In this document: one piece after another, positions 1-11,764 of the stretch
Position numbering within the stretch: position 1 is the stretch's first letter
Layout of the letters: every line of letters starts with the position of its first letter
Assembly (NCBI GenBank): GCA_028345955.1
Contig: JAOMEO010000001.1
Span: 48,739 to 112,738, forward strand
Direction of reading: 5' to 3'
DNA length: 64,000 bases
DNA from: Candidatus Thioglobus sp.
Lineage (GTDB): Bacteria; Pseudomonadota; Gammaproteobacteria; PS1; Pseudothioglobaceae
Translations under genes and position numbers: made by a program
Notes under the pieces: model-generated
Database searches by the model: none
Told to the model about the DNA's origin: nothing
Seen by the model: the letters and a program-made list of their open reading frames with translations, nothing else

Positions 1-469
1 CGGTAAACCCTATGACACTAATTACCTGAATTTCAGTTGCAATTGTTAAATTATTAAGATCAACAAATATAGGAAGAAATGATAAATAAAAAATAATGGT
101 TTTAGGGTTAGTTACGCCAACAATAAATCCTGCTAATAACAACTTCAATATTGATTCTTTTTTATTCGATTGTTCGAAGCTTACGCCCTTTGAACGCCAT
201 TGTTGATAGCCAATGTATATCAAATACGAGGCTCCAAGAATTTTGACATATAGCAAACTATTACTAATTATCTCAGCCAATGCACTGAGAGCCAACATGG
301 CTACTGTAACATAAATAATATCACCAACAGTGTGTCCAAATGAAAGCCACATTGCTGGCATCGCACCGTATCTTGTTGAAATTGCTAAAACAGCAAATAA
401 ACCTGGTCCAGGTGAAATTGCGTAGATGAAAGTTGCAATGGTTAGTGAGAGCAGTGTTAGCCAGTCCAT
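1..469 (-). CDS. LysE/RhtB family amino-acid exporter (partial, runs off window start)
   Basis: Not in ORF track. Manual translation from ATG at 469: MDWLTLLSLTIATFIYAISPGPGLFAVLAISTRYG...GVTNPKTIIFYLSFLPIF; SPGP and NPK motifs, hydrophobic. Confidence 0.9.
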   Translation of the reverse strand, partial: MDWLTLLSLTIATFIYAISPGPGLFAVLAISTRYGAMPAMWLSFGHTVGDIIYVTVAMLALSALAEIISNSLLYVKILGASYLIYIGYQQWRSKGVSFEQSNKKESILKLLLAGFIVGVTNPKTIIFYLSFLPIFVDLNNLTIATEIQVISVIGFT

Positions 470-475
470 TGACAG

Positions 476-501
476 ATTATAGCTATAGCTTCTGCTATAA
501 T
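476..501. promoter_or_regulatory. Back-to-back sigma70 -10 elements for lysE-like gene and accA
   Basis: TATAAT on minus strand at 476-481, about 7 nt from the lysE ATG (possibly leaderless); extended -10 TGcTATAAT on plus strand at 493-501. Confidence 0.5.
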
Positions 502-536
502 CACAAATAATTAATCTCTACCATTTTGGTGACTAA

Positions 537-1487
537 ATGAACTTAAATTATCTTGATTTTGAACAGCCCATTGCTGAACTGGAAGATAAGATTGATGCAC
601 TCGAGAGTGTCAAAGATGATGCTGATATTGCCAAAGAAATGGACTCACTCAAATTAAAAAGTGAGTTACTAACAAAAAAAATATTTACTTCTCTCTCAGA
701 TTGGCAAATTTCTCAACTTGCAAGACATCCTCAAAGACTTTACACATTAGATTACATAGAAAATATTTTTGATGAATTTATTGAACTTCATGGTGATCGT
801 GCGTTTGCAAATGACCACTCTTTGATTGGTGGCATCGCCAAAATGGATGGTTTCGATTTCATGTTTATAGGACAACAAAAAGGTCGTACCACAAAAGAAA
901 AAATTTTTCATAACTTTGGCATGACCAGACCCGAAGGCTACCGAAAAGCGCTAAGACTAATGAAGATGGCCGAAAAATTCTCACTCCCAGTCATTACCTT
1001 TATTGACACTCCGGGGGCCTACCCAGGCATTGGTGCTGAGGAACGTGGTCAAAGTGAGGCGATTGCAAGAAATTTATACGAAATGTCTACTTTGAAAACA
1101 CCCATCATAGCAATCGTTATTGGTGAAGGTGGTTCAGGTGGAGCGCTCGCAATTGGACTTTCTGATACAACTATGATGTTTGAATATAGCATTTATTCAG
1201 TCATCTCGCCTGAGGGCTGCGCATCTATCCTTTATAAAGATGCCTCTAAAGCAAATATTGCAGCAGAGTCTCTTAAAATGACTAGCAAACACCTAAAAAA
1301 GCACAAACTTATTGATAAAATCATTCCAGAACCACTAGGTGGCATTCACAGAGACCCTGAAAAATCTTGTAGTTTCCTTAAAAAAGCTCTCATTAAAGAA
1401 TTAAAGTCTTTACAAGATGTTTCTATAGAAGAACTTATTAGTGAAAGACACAAAAAACTCTTAAGCTTTGGTAGATTTAACGAATAA
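537..1487 (+). CDS. accA: Acetyl-CoA carboxylase carboxyltransferase subunit alpha
   Basis: [47 protein letters not shown]. Confidence 0.98.
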   Translation: MNLNYLDFEQPIAELEDKIDALESVKDDADIAKEMDSLKLKSELLTKKIFTSLSDWQISQLARHPQRLYTLDYIENIFDEFIELHGDRAFANDHSLIGGIAKMDGFDFMFIGQQKGRTTKEKIFHNFGMTRPEGYRKALRLMKMAEKFSLPVITFIDTPGAYPGIGAEERGQSEAIARNLYEMSTLKTPIIAIVIGEGGSGGALAIGLSDTTMMFEYSIYSVISPEGCASILYKDASKANIAAESLKMTSKHLKKHKLIDKIIPEPLGGIHRDPEKSCSFLKKALIKELKSLQDVSIEELISERHKKLLSFGRFNE

Positions 1488-2637
1488 AGACGATTATTTA
1501 ATCGACAAAAAAATTGTCGCTGCCCTTAGTGGTGGCATCGATTCGGTTGTCCTTCTGCATTTCTTAAACAAACACTACCCTGGCAAAGTTAGAGCTATAC
1601 ATATCAACCACAATCTCTCAGACTATTGTCATCAGTGGCAATCTTTCTGCAAAAACCTTTGCCAGAACGCCGACATTAATTTTAAAAGTATTGATATATT
1701 CATAGAAAATGTATCTAACGTTGAAAAAATTGCTCGTGAAAAGCGCTATCTTTCATTAACCTCTGAATTGAAGGCTGATGAAATACTTTGTACAGGTCAT
1801 CATCAAGACGATCAAGCCGAAACACTTTTATTACAACTATTCAGAGGTAGTGGTGTTGCTGGTTTATCCGCCATGCCGAAAAATAAAACCATTCATGGCT
1901 CTCAACTATATAGACCTCTTTTGACAATCTCAAGACAACAAATAACTGACTATGCTATAGAAAATCATCTTGACTGGGTTGAAGATGATAGTAATAAAAA
2001 CATCAACTTTAGACGAAATCTTTTGAGGGCTGAATTTTTGCCTAAACTCTCAGCTATATTTACTAACCTAACAAAAAATATAGCGAGAAGCGCTAAACAT
2101 CAAGCTGAAGCACTCAATTTAATGCATGATTTGGCTAAACTAGATATTACTAATCACAACCTTATTATTGAGGATAAGTTACAAGTCGCCCCTTTGGTTA
2201 AATTACCAAAAAGAAGAATGGTTAATGTTATTCGTCATTACATTAGTCAGCACGAATTACTCTCTCCATCAGATAAAGTATTGCAAGAAATTATTTCCTT
2301 AATTCATGCTAAGGCAGATGCAAAATCTATCGTTAACTGGCATCATTATCAGGTTAGACGATATCATAACGAGCTCTACTTTTTTGACGAAAAATATACC
2401 AAAACAACTAGGCCATGCCTTTATTATGACTCATTAAAAGATCTGCCTAATTTCGAGGTACGCTTTCGTCAAGATGGTCAACGTATCAAGCTCAAAGGTA
2501 AACAGCACTCACAATCGCTGAAAAAAATTTTACAAGAAGCGAACATCCCTCCTTGGGAAAGGGATCATTTAAGAATGTATTACATCGATGGTAAGTTAAG
2601 GGCTATGGAAAATTTAGGTGAGATGGTTGAAGGTTAA
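1468..2637 (+). CDS. tilS: tRNA(Ile)-lysidine synthetase
   Basis: SGGIDS PP-loop, [21 protein letters not shown]-terminal [15 protein letters not shown]; follows accA; start uncertain. Confidence 0.96.
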   Translation: MVDLTNKDDYLIDKKIVAALSGGIDSVVLLHFLNKHYPGKVRAIHINHNLSDYCHQWQSFCKNLCQNADINFKSIDIFIENVSNVEKIAREKRYLSLTSELKADEILCTGHHQDDQAETLLLQLFRGSGVAGLSAMPKNKTIHGSQLYRPLLTISRQQITDYAIENHLDWVEDDSNKNINFRRNLLRAEFLPKLSAIFTNLTKNIARSAKHQAEALNLMHDLAKLDITNHNLIIEDKLQVAPLVKLPKRRMVNVIRHYISQHELLSPSDKVLQEIISLIHAKADAKSIVNWHHYQVRRYHNELYFFDEKYTKTTRPCLYYDSLKDLPNFEVRFRQDGQRIKLKGKQHSQSLKKILQEANIPPWERDHLRMYYIDGKLRAMENLGEMVEG

Positions 2638-2638
2638 A

Positions 2639-3079
2639 TCATTGATAAGGGTTATTAACCCCAATTTTTTTTAAAAATTCAATCTCAATTTCTTCCATTT
2701 TATTTGCAGAAGTTAAATCTTCATGGTCATAGCCCAACAAGTGAAGAATCCCATGAATAGCCATGTGACTTAAATGATCTGGAAAAGTTTTATCCCCTAA
2801 TACAGCCTCCTCTCGAACCACATCCACACAAATAACCACATCTCCTAAAATAGATTCTCCAATTTCCAAAGGTATGTCGCTTGAAAAAGAAAGGACGTTA
2901 GTTACTTGATTTTTCGCTCGATACTCTTTATTAAGAGTCTGAATCTCGATAGGTGATACAAGACGTACCACTAACTCACTATCACCAACATCAAACTCTT
3001 GCATAAATTGCTGGCAGGTAAGTTTGAGTTTTTCCTCATCTACGGTTGCATCATGAATGATATTTTGAATAACGACCAT
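2639..3079 (-). CDS. ybeY: rRNA maturation endoribonuclease YbeY
   Basis: TNVLSF, LGDVVIC, HGILHLLGYDH. Confidence 0.96.
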   Translation of the reverse strand: MVVIQNIIHDATVDEEKLKLTCQQFMQEFDVGDSELVVRLVSPIEIQTLNKEYRAKNQVTNVLSFSSDIPLEIGESILGDVVICVDVVREEAVLGDKTFPDHLSHMAIHGILHLLGYDHEDLTSANKMEEIEIEFLKKIGVNNPYQ

Positions 3080-3084
3080 GGCTT

Positions 3085-5094
3085 GTGAATATTGATAAAA
3101 TAGTTATTTTATCCCTAAAACATTTTACTTTGTCATCGATCATAGAAGTAGCTATACCCGTCCCTTTACACAATACATTTGACTATTTGTGTGATCAAAA
3201 AGTTAGTATTGGTGCCAGAGTTAAAGTTCCGTTTGGACAAAAAAAAGTAACTGCTATTGTATTGTCACATAAAAAGAAAAGTGACTTCGATAAACTGCGA
3301 TCAGTTGAGGAAATACTCGACCAGAAAGCTCTTTTGTCAAAAGAGATACTTGATTTTTTATTCTGGTCAGCAAAGTATTACCACCATCCACTCGGTGAAG
3401 TCTTCGCTAGCGCTCTGCCTAAAAATCTTAGACAAGGTAAGTCAGCTGTTATCAAAAAAACAATTACACATAATAATACAACATCTCCTTGTGCCTTTGA
3501 CGCAACGAATGAGCAGAAAAAAGCAATTCAGGCAGTTCTAAAATCAGTAAACAATTTTCATGGTTTCTTACTTCAAGGTGTCACTGGTAGCGGGAAAACT
3601 GAAGTGTACCTGAGCATTACTGAAACCTTACTCAAGAAAAGAAGACAGGTACTTATACTGGTTCCTGAAATTGGTTTAACACCGCAAATGATTGCACGTT
3701 TCGAGGAGAGGGTTGAAGCAAAGGTCGTTGCTGTCCACTCACAATTAAATGAAACACAAAAATTGGATGCTTATCTAATGGCAAAAACCGGTGAAGCTGG
3801 AGTGGTACTTGGAACACGTTCGGCAATTTTTACTCCAATGCCAAATCTAGGCTTAGTGATTGTTGATGAGGAGCATGATGGCTCTTTCAAACAACAATCT
3901 AGCTTCCGTTATTCAGCACGAGATCTTAGCTTTATTCGCGCCAAACTAGCAAACATTCCCTTAATTTTAGGTACTGCCACACCATCACTTGAAACCTTGA
4001 AAAATGTAGTCGATAAGAAACTCACTCAGCTTGTTTTAAGTTCTCGACCTGGTCAAGCGATTATGCCAGACGTTAATTTAATTGATATGAGAAATCAAAC
4101 AGCAGAGGCGTTATCAGTGCCTTTGGTTGCAAAAATGAAGCATCACCTCGAAGACAACAAACAAGTTATGTTATTTATCAATCGTCGTGGTTATGCTCCC
4201 GTTTTTTACTGTACAGATTGTGATTGGAAAGCTGAATGTGTTCGTTGCGACTCTGCTCTTATCTATCATAGTCACATTAATCGTTTAAAGTGTCATCATT
4301 GTGGTATTGAAAAAATACCAGAATCCACTTGCCCTTCCTGTCATCAACAGAGTCTAAAGGTTTTAGGTTATGGGACACAAAGATTGGAGGAAAACCTTGA
4401 GTCTTTTTTCCCCGACGTAACTATTATTAGAATTGATAGAGATACAACGCGTAGAAAAAAAGCTTTTGCAACTCACTTAGAAAAAATAAATTCAGGCGAA
4501 CCATGCATCATAGTTGGTACTCAAATGCTAGCCAAAGGTCATGATTTTTCAAACTTGACATTTGTCGGCATACTAGACGTAGATGTTGGATTATTATCAA
4601 TGGATTTCAGAGCCACAGAACATTTGGCACAGCTCTTAATTCAAGTCTCTGGTAGAGCTGGCAGAAGTGATCACAAAGGTGAGGTATCCATTCAAACTCG
4701 CTACCCAAATCACCCAATATTTAACTTTATTAGATCTTCACACTACTCTCAATACGCTAGTACATTATTAAAAGAACGTGAAGACACTCAGTTACCTCCT
4801 TATTCACACCAAGCTTTAATTTGTGCTAATTCTAAAAATAAAAATAACGCAGAAAAATTTTTAAATAAAGTTGCAGACCTGCTTAAAAAAATCGATATAG
4901 ATTCCGTTGAAATTTGGGGTCCAGTTCCTGCTGTTATTGAAAAAAAAGCCAATTACTACTACTTTAATCTTTACTTACAATCAATAAATAGAAATCACCT
5001 TCACCGAGTCATTAAAACTTTTTACAAACACCTAGAAACAATAAATGTTAAAACGTCAGTGCGCTGGTTTTTAGATGTTGACCCTATAGATTAG
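3085..5094 (+). CDS. priA: Primosomal protein N' (replication restart helicase)
   Basis: GVTGSGKTEVY, VPEIGLTPQ, DEEHD, four CxxC, GTQMLAKGHDF, QVSGRAGR; true start may be slightly downstream. Confidence 0.97.
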   Translation: MNIDKIVILSLKHFTLSSIIEVAIPVPLHNTFDYLCDQKVSIGARVKVPFGQKKVTAIVLSHKKKSDFDKLRSVEEILDQKALLSKEILDFLFWSAKYYHHPLGEVFASALPKNLRQGKSAVIKKTITHNNTTSPCAFDATNEQKKAIQAVLKSVNNFHGFLLQGVTGSGKTEVYLSITETLLKKRRQVLILVPEIGLTPQMIARFEERVEAKVVAVHSQLNETQKLDAYLMAKTGEAGVVLGTRSAIFTPMPNLGLVIVDEEHDGSFKQQSSFRYSARDLSFIRAKLANIPLILGTATPSLETLKNVVDKKLTQLVLSSRPGQAIMPDVNLIDMRNQTAEALSVPLVAKMKHHLEDNKQVMLFINRRGYAPVFYCTDCDWKAECVRCDSALIYHSHINRLKCHHCGIEKIPESTCPSCHQQSLKVLGYGTQRLEENLESFFPDVTIIRIDRDTTRRKKAFATHLEKINSGEPCIIVGTQMLAKGHDFSNLTFVGILDVDVGLLSMDFRATEHLAQLLIQVSGRAGRSDHKGEVSIQTRYPNHPIFNFIRSSHYSQYASTLLKEREDTQLPPYSHQALICANSKNKNNAEKFLNKVADLLKKIDIDSVEIWGPVPAVIEKKANYYYFNLYLQSINRNHLHRVIKTFYKHLETINVKTSVRWFLDVDPID

Positions 5095-6332
5095 TCTTTA
5101 AAACTATTAACGATTGCGCTCATTGCCTTAGTGATAGTTAACAATTCTTCGTCTTTTATGACATAAGGTGGCATGGTATAGAGCAATTTACCGTAGGGTC
5201 TTAACCAAACCCCATTTTCAATCAACTCTTCCTGAACTACTTTCATATCAAGTGGACTCTCAAATTCAACCACACCTATAGCACCAATTACTCGAACATC
5301 CGATACTGATTTATGTTTTTTTAATGTTAATAATTCTGACTTCATTATGTTTTCTATTTGCAATATCCTGTTTTCCCAATCACTACTCAACAACAAATCA
5401 ATACTTCTATTTGCAACCGAACAAGACAAAGGGTTTCCCATAAAAGTAGGTCCATGCATAAGCACACCAACAGTTTCAGCAACTTCAGCAGTTGACAGTG
5501 TTGCTGCCATAGTCATATAACCACCAGTTAAAGCTTTACCCAAGCAGAGTATGTCTGGTGAAATATTAGCGTGTTCACAACCAAACAGTTTTCCGGTTCG
5601 ACCAAAACCTGTAGCAATTTCATCCACAATTAAGAGTACTCCAAAGGTATCACAGAGTGACCTAGCTCCTTTGAGATATTCTGGCTCATAAATATTCATG
5701 CCGCCCGCACCTTGCACAATTGGCTCAAGAATCATTGCAGCAATATTATTGTGGCTTTCCTTCAAAACTTTTTTAAGATCAGCGAGAGCTATAGAGGTGT
5801 TTTTAAGATTTGGTTTTGTAACAAAATAATGTGTAGTTAATACGCCTTGAAATAAATGATGCATACCGTTTTCTGGATCGCAAACACTCATCGCTCCAAA
5901 AGTGTCGCCGTGATAACCACCCCTTGGGGTAACGAAATGTGTCTTATCTATTCGGCCCTTGTTGTACCAGTATTGCAACGCCATTTTGAGGGAAACTTCT
6001 ACAGAAACAGAGCCTGAATCTGCCAAAAATACCTTGTCAAGGCCTGGAGGCGTTATTTGAATAAGAAGCTGACACAGATCAATAGCAGGTTGATGAGTTA
6101 AACCCCCAAACATAACGTGAGAAACACTATCAATTTGATCTTTTATTGCTTGGTTAAGAACTGGATTGTTGTAACCGTGAATCATCGACCACCATGAACT
6201 CATGCCATCAATGACTCTTTTGCCTCCTTCGAGATTAAGATAGACATGTTCGGCAGATTCTACTAAATATGTAGGCACTGCATTGGGAATTTTGGCATAA
6301 GGATGCCAAATATGTTGGTCATCAAAATTCAC
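5091..6332 (-). CDS. bioA: Adenosylmethionine-8-amino-7-oxononanoate transaminase
   Basis: HIWHPY, DGMSSWW, YHGDTFGAMSVCDP, DEIATGFGRTG, GKALTGG. Confidence 0.97.
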   Translation of the reverse strand: MNFDDQHIWHPYAKIPNAVPTYLVESAEHVYLNLEGGKRVIDGMSSWWSMIHGYNNPVLNQAIKDQIDSVSHVMFGGLTHQPAIDLCQLLIQITPPGLDKVFLADSGSVSVEVSLKMALQYWYNKGRIDKTHFVTPRGGYHGDTFGAMSVCDPENGMHHLFQGVLTTHYFVTKPNLKNTSIALADLKKVLKESHNNIAAMILEPIVQGAGGMNIYEPEYLKGARSLCDTFGVLLIVDEIATGFGRTGKLFGCEHANISPDILCLGKALTGGYMTMAATLSTAEVAETVGVLMHGPTFMGNPLSCSVANRSIDLLLSSDWENRILQIENIMKSELLTLKKHKSVSDVRVIGAIGVVEFESPLDMKVVQEELIENGVWLRPYGKLLYTMPPYVIKDEELLTITKAMSAIVNSFKD

Positions 6333-7000
6333 TATAAATGCTCGCTTAGCTGGGTCATTGAATCTATCACTAGATCGGGGTTTTCATCCGCAATATCGTT
6401 GCCATGATTATAACCGTAAGACATGCAAATAATATCAAAACCAGCAGCCCGAGCTGCCTTAACATCACTAACAGAATCACCCAGCATTAGGCACTCTTCT
6501 GGCTTCAGTTTAAAGTGCTCAGCACAATATAGCAATGGCATAGGGTCTGGCTTCCTTTTAGCTAAGGTATCACCCGAAATTATTATTTTAAAATCGTTAA
6601 AAATACCTAGGACTTGGAGTAACGGGTGGGTAAATTGCTCTGATTTATTGGTTACACAGCCTAATTGATATCCTTGAGATTGTAAATAATCCAAACCTTC
6701 TCGAACACCATCATATAAGTAAGATCTTTCGGTCGCATTATCTTCATAAAGGTCTAAAAAAATTGGATAAGCTATATCAAAGACTTCTTTTATTGGTCGC
6801 CCTTCAAGCTCCCCAGTCAACGCCCTCTCTACTAACTTAGGAATGCCATTGCCAACCCAATGACGAACTTTGGCTTCACCCCATTTTTGCAGACCAAGTT
6901 TCTGCATCATCTCGTCTATACAATATGCAAGGTCAGGAACACTATCGACTAAAGTTCCGTCAACATCAATCATTATTAATTTTGGTTGGAATGTTTTCAT
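6332..7000 (-). CDS. gph: Phosphoglycolate phosphatase (HAD)
   Basis: DVDGTLVDSVPDLA, TNK, KPDPMPL, GDSVSD, YGYNHG. Confidence 0.93.
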   Translation of the reverse strand: MKTFQPKLIMIDVDGTLVDSVPDLAYCIDEMMQKLGLQKWGEAKVRHWVGNGIPKLVERALTGELEGRPIKEVFDIAYPIFLDLYEDNATERSYLYDGVREGLDYLQSQGYQLGCVTNKSEQFTHPLLQVLGIFNDFKIIISGDTLAKRKPDPMPLLYCAEHFKLKPEECLMLGDSVSDVKAARAAGFDIICMSYGYNHGNDIADENPDLVIDSMTQLSEHL

Positions 7001-7066
7001 TATTGTTCTATATTTACACCAATTTCGGTAGAATTAACTTAAGTTTTAACAAGTGGGATATTTTAT

Positions 7067-7906
7067 ATGGAAAACGAAACAGTCATTGGATTTATTGGTG
7101 CTGGCAACATGGCTTACGCACTGATTAACGGCTTATTGAATAACGGTTATGACTCGAAAAATATTAAGGTAAGTGATCCTAATGATGAGTTACTACAAAA
7201 AAGAGAGGAAGAATTCAATATCACTACTTTCGCAAATAACTCATCGCTCGTAGAAGCTTGTGACATCATAGTATTCGCCGTAAAGCCTCAAGTCCTCTCA
7301 GAGATATGCCTTGAACTGCGAGAGAAAATTAATTCAAAACATCTTTTCATCTCTATTGTGGCAGGTATCAGAGTAAATGATATCAATCGTTGGCTTGGGG
7401 GCAACTACTCTCTAGTTCGAACAATGCCTAATACACCAGCTCTTATGCAACATGGCGTTACAGGCTTATTTCCAAATGAACTTGTTAATGATGAACAGAA
7501 GACTTTAGTGACAACCATACTGTCATCTGTTGGAGATTGTTTCTGGGTTAATGAAGAGAAACTCATCGATGCAATTACAGCAATTTCTGGTAGCGGCCCT
7601 GCTTATTTTTTCTTGCTAATGCAATCCATGACTCAAGCAGGGATGGCACTAGGTTTAGACGAAAAAACAGCCAAAGAATTAAGCGTTCAAACAGCTTTTG
7701 GAGCTAGTCTGATGGCAACTAAAAGTGGCAAGGATCCAAGAACACTTCGCACCAATGTCACTTCTCCTAATGGTACAACTCAAGCGGCTATCGAGTGCTT
7801 TCAAGACCAAAATTTTGAAGGGATTGTTGCCAGCGCAACGAGAGCAGCCTTTGATCGTGCTCGTGAGCTCAGCACTGAACTAGGTGATGTAGAGTTAAAA
7901 CGTTAA
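7067..7906 (+). CDS. proC: Pyrroline-5-carboxylate reductase
   Basis: GFIGAGNMA, AVKPQ, RTMPNTPA, SGSGPAY, VTSPNGTT. Confidence 0.98.
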   Translation: MENETVIGFIGAGNMAYALINGLLNNGYDSKNIKVSDPNDELLQKREEEFNITTFANNSSLVEACDIIVFAVKPQVLSEICLELREKINSKHLFISIVAGIRVNDINRWLGGNYSLVRTMPNTPALMQHGVTGLFPNELVNDEQKTLVTTILSSVGDCFWVNEEKLIDAITAISGSGPAYFFLLMQSMTQAGMALGLDEKTAKELSVQTAFGASLMATKSGKDPRTLRTNVTSPNGTTQAAIECFQDQNFEGIVASATRAAFDRARELSTELGDVELKR

Positions 7907-7934
7907 ATATCAGTTTTAAGCTCTTAAATTAGCC

Positions 7935-8651
7935 TCAACTACCCCATAAAAGCTGCATATTTGCAATTGCCACAAGCGAAGCAGTCTCAGTTCTTAAAAT
8001 TCTTTTTCCTAATAAAAGTGGTCGAAACCCTGCTTCAATGCTTAGTCTAATTTCTGTATCACTCAAACCACCCTCTGGACCTATTAGAATCGTTGCTTTT
8101 GATGATTTTTCCATGGTTTGGATATTTTCAGTAGCCCGATGATGTAGCACAAAACCATTATGATTAGGCTCATTTAATAACTCAGTAAGTGTTTGCGGTA
8201 TTGAGATATCCACGATTACAGAACGCCCAGATTGTCCGCAAGCATGGTTTGCTATTTTTTGCCAATGATCAATTCGTTTGGCAACTTTATCAACTTTTAG
8301 CCTAACAACACAGCGCTCAGCTTGTATTGGCATAATGCGTGTCACACCAAGTTCAACTGCTTTTTGAATTAAAAAATCCATTTTTTCACCTTTGACAATG
8401 CCTTGTGCAAGAGTTAAATCCAAGCTAGATTCACTCTCGTTTTTTTGTTGCGAAACAACTTCAACTTTACAAGTTTTTTTTGTACTGATGATTGTTGCTT
8501 GGTAATCAAAACCATCCCCATTAAACAGAGTAATAATTTTTCCGACAGGGAAGCGTAATACCTTAAGAAGGTGATGTGCATTATGTTTTTCTAAGTTAAC
8601 CTGATCGCCGACTTTGAAGATAGTATTTTGGTAAAGTCGGATCTTTTTCAT
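7935..8651 (-). CDS. rsmE: 16S rRNA m3U1498 methyltransferase
   Basis: HHLLKVLR, QKAVELGV, IGPEGG, LGKRILRTETA. Confidence 0.97.
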   Translation of the reverse strand: MKKIRLYQNTIFKVGDQVNLEKHNAHHLLKVLRFPVGKIITLFNGDGFDYQATIISTKKTCKVEVVSQQKNESESSLDLTLAQGIVKGEKMDFLIQKAVELGVTRIMPIQAERCVVRLKVDKVAKRIDHWQKIANHACGQSGRSVIVDISIPQTLTELLNEPNHNGFVLHHRATENIQTMEKSSKATILIGPEGGLSDTEIRLSIEAGFRPLLLGKRILRTETASLVAIANMQLLWGS

Positions 8652-8699
8652 GGTATCGTTTTGGGATTAGTAAACATAGAACTAAATATACTTCAGAAA

Positions 8700-9929
8700 A
8701 TGATACATCAAAAAAGACGACAAGAGTTGTTAAGCAGATTGAGTGACGATGCTGTAGTGATTGTTAGCAGTAATAGCGAACAAAAGAGAAACAGTGATGT
8801 CAATTACCCATTTCGACCAGACAGTAGTTTTTGGTATCTTACTGGCTTTACTGAGCCTGACGCCATTGCGGTTTTCTCTAATAAAAACTACAGCATCTTT
8901 CTTCGACCGAAAGACAAAACAAAAGAGATTTGGAATGGTAAGCGTCTTGGTGTAAAAGCAGCCCCAAAAGTCTTATTAGCAGACAATGCCTATTCTATTG
9001 ATGACTTTTTAAAAACAATACAAAAACTCATTAATAAAAATAACCTTGTTTATTTCGATAATTCTAGTACAAACAGACTCAACGAAAATATTGATTCAAT
9101 TCTTCCAAATGTAGCTAAATCACTGAACCCTGTCATATCTGAAATGCGTCTTATTAAAGACTCTACTGAAATACAAAATATGCAAACTGCAGCCAATATT
9201 ACTGCAAATGCACACATGAGAGCAATGACAAAAGTATCTCCTGGATTATATGAATACCATGTTGCAGCAGAGATTGACGCAGAATTTCGAACTGGAAATT
9301 CTGATCATGCCTACCCACCTATTGTTGCTAGCGGGGAAAATAGCTGCATACTTCATTACACAGAAAACAACAAAATTTTAAATGATGGTGAACTGTTACT
9401 AATTGATGCAGGTTGTGAGTCATTAGGTTACGCCTCGGATATAACACGTACTTTTCCGATTAATGGGCGCTTTAGTAAAGCACAAAAACAGATATACCAA
9501 ATTGTTTTGAGTGCACAAAAGTCTGCTATTGCGTGTATCAAACCTGGCGAAAAAGTAAATACTCCACACGGAATAGCCTGTGATATTATCTCTAGTGAGC
9601 TTATCAAACTTGGCATTATGAAAGAGCTAGATAATTTAACTGAGTTTTATATGCACAGAACAGGACATTGGTTAGGATTGGATGTTCACGATGTCGGTGA
9701 ATATAAAATTGATAACGATTTTAGAGACTTTACAGAAGGCATGGTAACAACTGTGGAACCAGGAATCTATATTCGCAAGGATGATAAAATTGATCCTAAG
9801 TTCTGGAATATTGGTATTAGAATTGAAGATGATGTATTGGTAACTAAAGATGGACATCGTGTTTTATCAAAGTCTGCTGTCAAAGAAGTAAAAGATATTG
9901 AATACTTAATGAGTCAAAATATAACATGA
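8700..9929 (+). CDS. pepP: Xaa-Pro aminopeptidase P
   Basis: [44 protein letters not shown]; ATG 8700 preferred because it avoids overlap with rsmE. Confidence 0.95.
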   Translation: MIHQKRRQELLSRLSDDAVVIVSSNSEQKRNSDVNYPFRPDSSFWYLTGFTEPDAIAVFSNKNYSIFLRPKDKTKEIWNGKRLGVKAAPKVLLADNAYSIDDFLKTIQKLINKNNLVYFDNSSTNRLNENIDSILPNVAKSLNPVISEMRLIKDSTEIQNMQTAANITANAHMRAMTKVSPGLYEYHVAAEIDAEFRTGNSDHAYPPIVASGENSCILHYTENNKILNDGELLLIDAGCESLGYASDITRTFPINGRFSKAQKQIYQIVLSAQKSAIACIKPGEKVNTPHGIACDIISSELIKLGIMKELDNLTEFYMHRTGHWLGLDVHDVGEYKIDNDFRDFTEGMVTTVEPGIYIRKDDKIDPKFWNIGIRIEDDVLVTKDGHRVLSKSAVKEVKDIEYLMSQNIT

Positions 9930-10234
9930 ACATACAACAAGCTATCAAAGCGGTCATTGCGAAACAAAATTTAAACGAAGATCAAATGCATGATGTAATG
10001 AACAGCATCATGACAGGTCAAACAACTGATGCACAAATTGGAGCCTTTTTAGTTGGTCTATCAATGAAAGGAGAAACTATTGAAGAAATCACTGCCAGTG
10101 CTAAAGTTATGCGATCTCTGGCTACACCTGTAGAAATTAGCAGCTCTGATTATTTGGTTGATACGTGTGGAACCGGCGGTGACGGCTTGGGATTATTTAA
10201 TATTTCTACTGCTTCTGCCTTTGTCGTTGCTGCT
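9926..10234 (+). pseudogene. trpD: Anthranilate phosphoribosyltransferase, N-terminal 103 aa only (truncated at chimeric junction)
   Basis: [38 protein letters not shown]; similarity stops before the expected AKHGNR motif and the frame runs on into unrelated sequence to 10381. Confidence 0.88.
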
Positions 10235-10539
10235 TTCCTTGTGACCAGTTCGGCAATCAAGAGCCTGGTAATTCGAAAGAAATACAGTCTTTCTGTAGTG
10301 ACAATTACGATGTCACTTTTCCAATGTCTAAGAAGATTAAAGTTAATGGGTCAAATGCAGAACCACTCTACAAATATCTAAAACAAAAACTAAAAGGTAT
10401 ACTAAACAACAACATCAAATGGAACTTTACTAAATTTCTTATTGGACCCGATGGAACACCAATCAAACGATTTGGCTCAAAGACTGAACCAAAAGACATA
10501 ACCCCATTTGTTAAGACACTTCTAAAGATAAACTCTTAG
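10234..10539 (+). pseudogene. Glutathione peroxidase, C-terminal ~101 aa only (5' end missing)
   Basis: Frame from 10234 reads [12 protein letters not shown]...[11 protein letters not shown]...IKWNFTKFLI; in-frame stop at 10198-10200 upstream, no N-terminus or peroxidatic Cys. Confidence 0.88.
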
Positions 10540-10712
10540 ATGCTTATCCAAAGAATTTCCATTAAAAACCAAATACTTGACAAATAATTTAAAAAACTTT
10601 AATAAATATCTCATCTTGTTAATATTTTCAAGATTACTACCAAAGAAACATTTTAATTGTTGAGATGAATTCTTTGTATAATTGTCAACTACATCAATAA
10701 GAGCGCGGCCGG

Positions 10713-11675
10713 ATGTCTATAGAAAGAATTAAAATCTTTAGCGGAAATGCCAACCCAAATCTGTCTTCCGAAATTATTGATAATCTAAAAATTACCCAAA
10801 GTAGGGCTTTTGTTGGTCAATTTAGTGATGGTGAATCACAGATTGAAATACTAGATAATGTTCGTGGCTGTGATGTCTTTGTTATTCAACCGACCTGTGG
10901 TCCATCTCCAGCCGAAACACTCATGGAATTGTTAGTGATGGTAGATGCACTTAGACGTTCCTCAGCTGGAAGAATAACAGCTGTAGTGCCTTATCTAGGC
11001 TACTCACGACAAGATAGACGTTCTCGCATGACCCGAGTACCAATTACAGCCAAACTGGTTGCCCAAATGATTGAAACATCAGGTATTGATCGCATCTTGA
11101 CAATGGATTTACATGCCGACCAAATACAAGGATTCTTTAATATCCCTATAGATAACATATACGCACAACCAGTTCTAGTTAAAGATATTTTAGATTGCAA
11201 CTACAATGATGTAGTGGTTGTTTCTCCAGATGTAGGTGGCGTTGCTAGAGCAAGAGCTGCAGCAAAAAGAATTAATGACGCTGACCTTGCTATCATTGAT
11301 AAAAGACGCCCAGAACCTAATTTAGTTAAGGTAATGAATGTAATCGGTGATGTTTCAGGACGTACTTGTATTATTGTAGATGACATGGTTGATACCGCTG
11401 GTACACTTTGTCAAGCGTCCGATATCTTAAAAGAGAAAGGAGCCAATAAAGTTGTTGCTTATGCAACACATGCAGTTCTTTCTGGAATGGCTATAGAAAA
11501 TATAACAAACTCTACTTTAGATGAGGTCGTAATCACAAACACAATCCCATTGACTGATAAAGCGATGACCTGTCCTAAAATTAGACAATTATCAATTGCT
11601 CCTACACTCGCAAACGTTATCAGAAGAATTAGCGAAGAGCAATCAGTTAGTTCAATTTTCGCTGACTCGAAGTAA
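10713..11675 (+). CDS. prs: Ribose-phosphate pyrophosphokinase
   Basis: [39 protein letters not shown]. Confidence 0.98.
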   Translation: MSIERIKIFSGNANPNLSSEIIDNLKITQSRAFVGQFSDGESQIEILDNVRGCDVFVIQPTCGPSPAETLMELLVMVDALRRSSAGRITAVVPYLGYSRQDRRSRMTRVPITAKLVAQMIETSGIDRILTMDLHADQIQGFFNIPIDNIYAQPVLVKDILDCNYNDVVVVSPDVGGVARARAAAKRINDADLAIIDKRRPEPNLVKVMNVIGDVSGRTCIIVDDMVDTAGTLCQASDILKEKGANKVVAYATHAVLSGMAIENITNSTLDEVVITNTIPLTDKAMTCPKIRQLSIAPTLANVIRRISEEQSVSSIFADSK

Positions 11676-11764
11676 TATTGACCTTTATAAGACACTGAAT
11701 TAAGAACAAAAAAAATCATATGACTTAGGTATAATTCTCTCTCTGTTTTGTAAAAAACTCAATT

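Noticed and set aside
9926-10539. Programmed frameshift producing a functional TrpD-GPx fusion
   Set aside because: No slippery heptamer, and both parts lack essential catalytic regions; a deletion or chimera explains it better. The track ORFs 9926-10381 and 10324-10539 are not intact genes.
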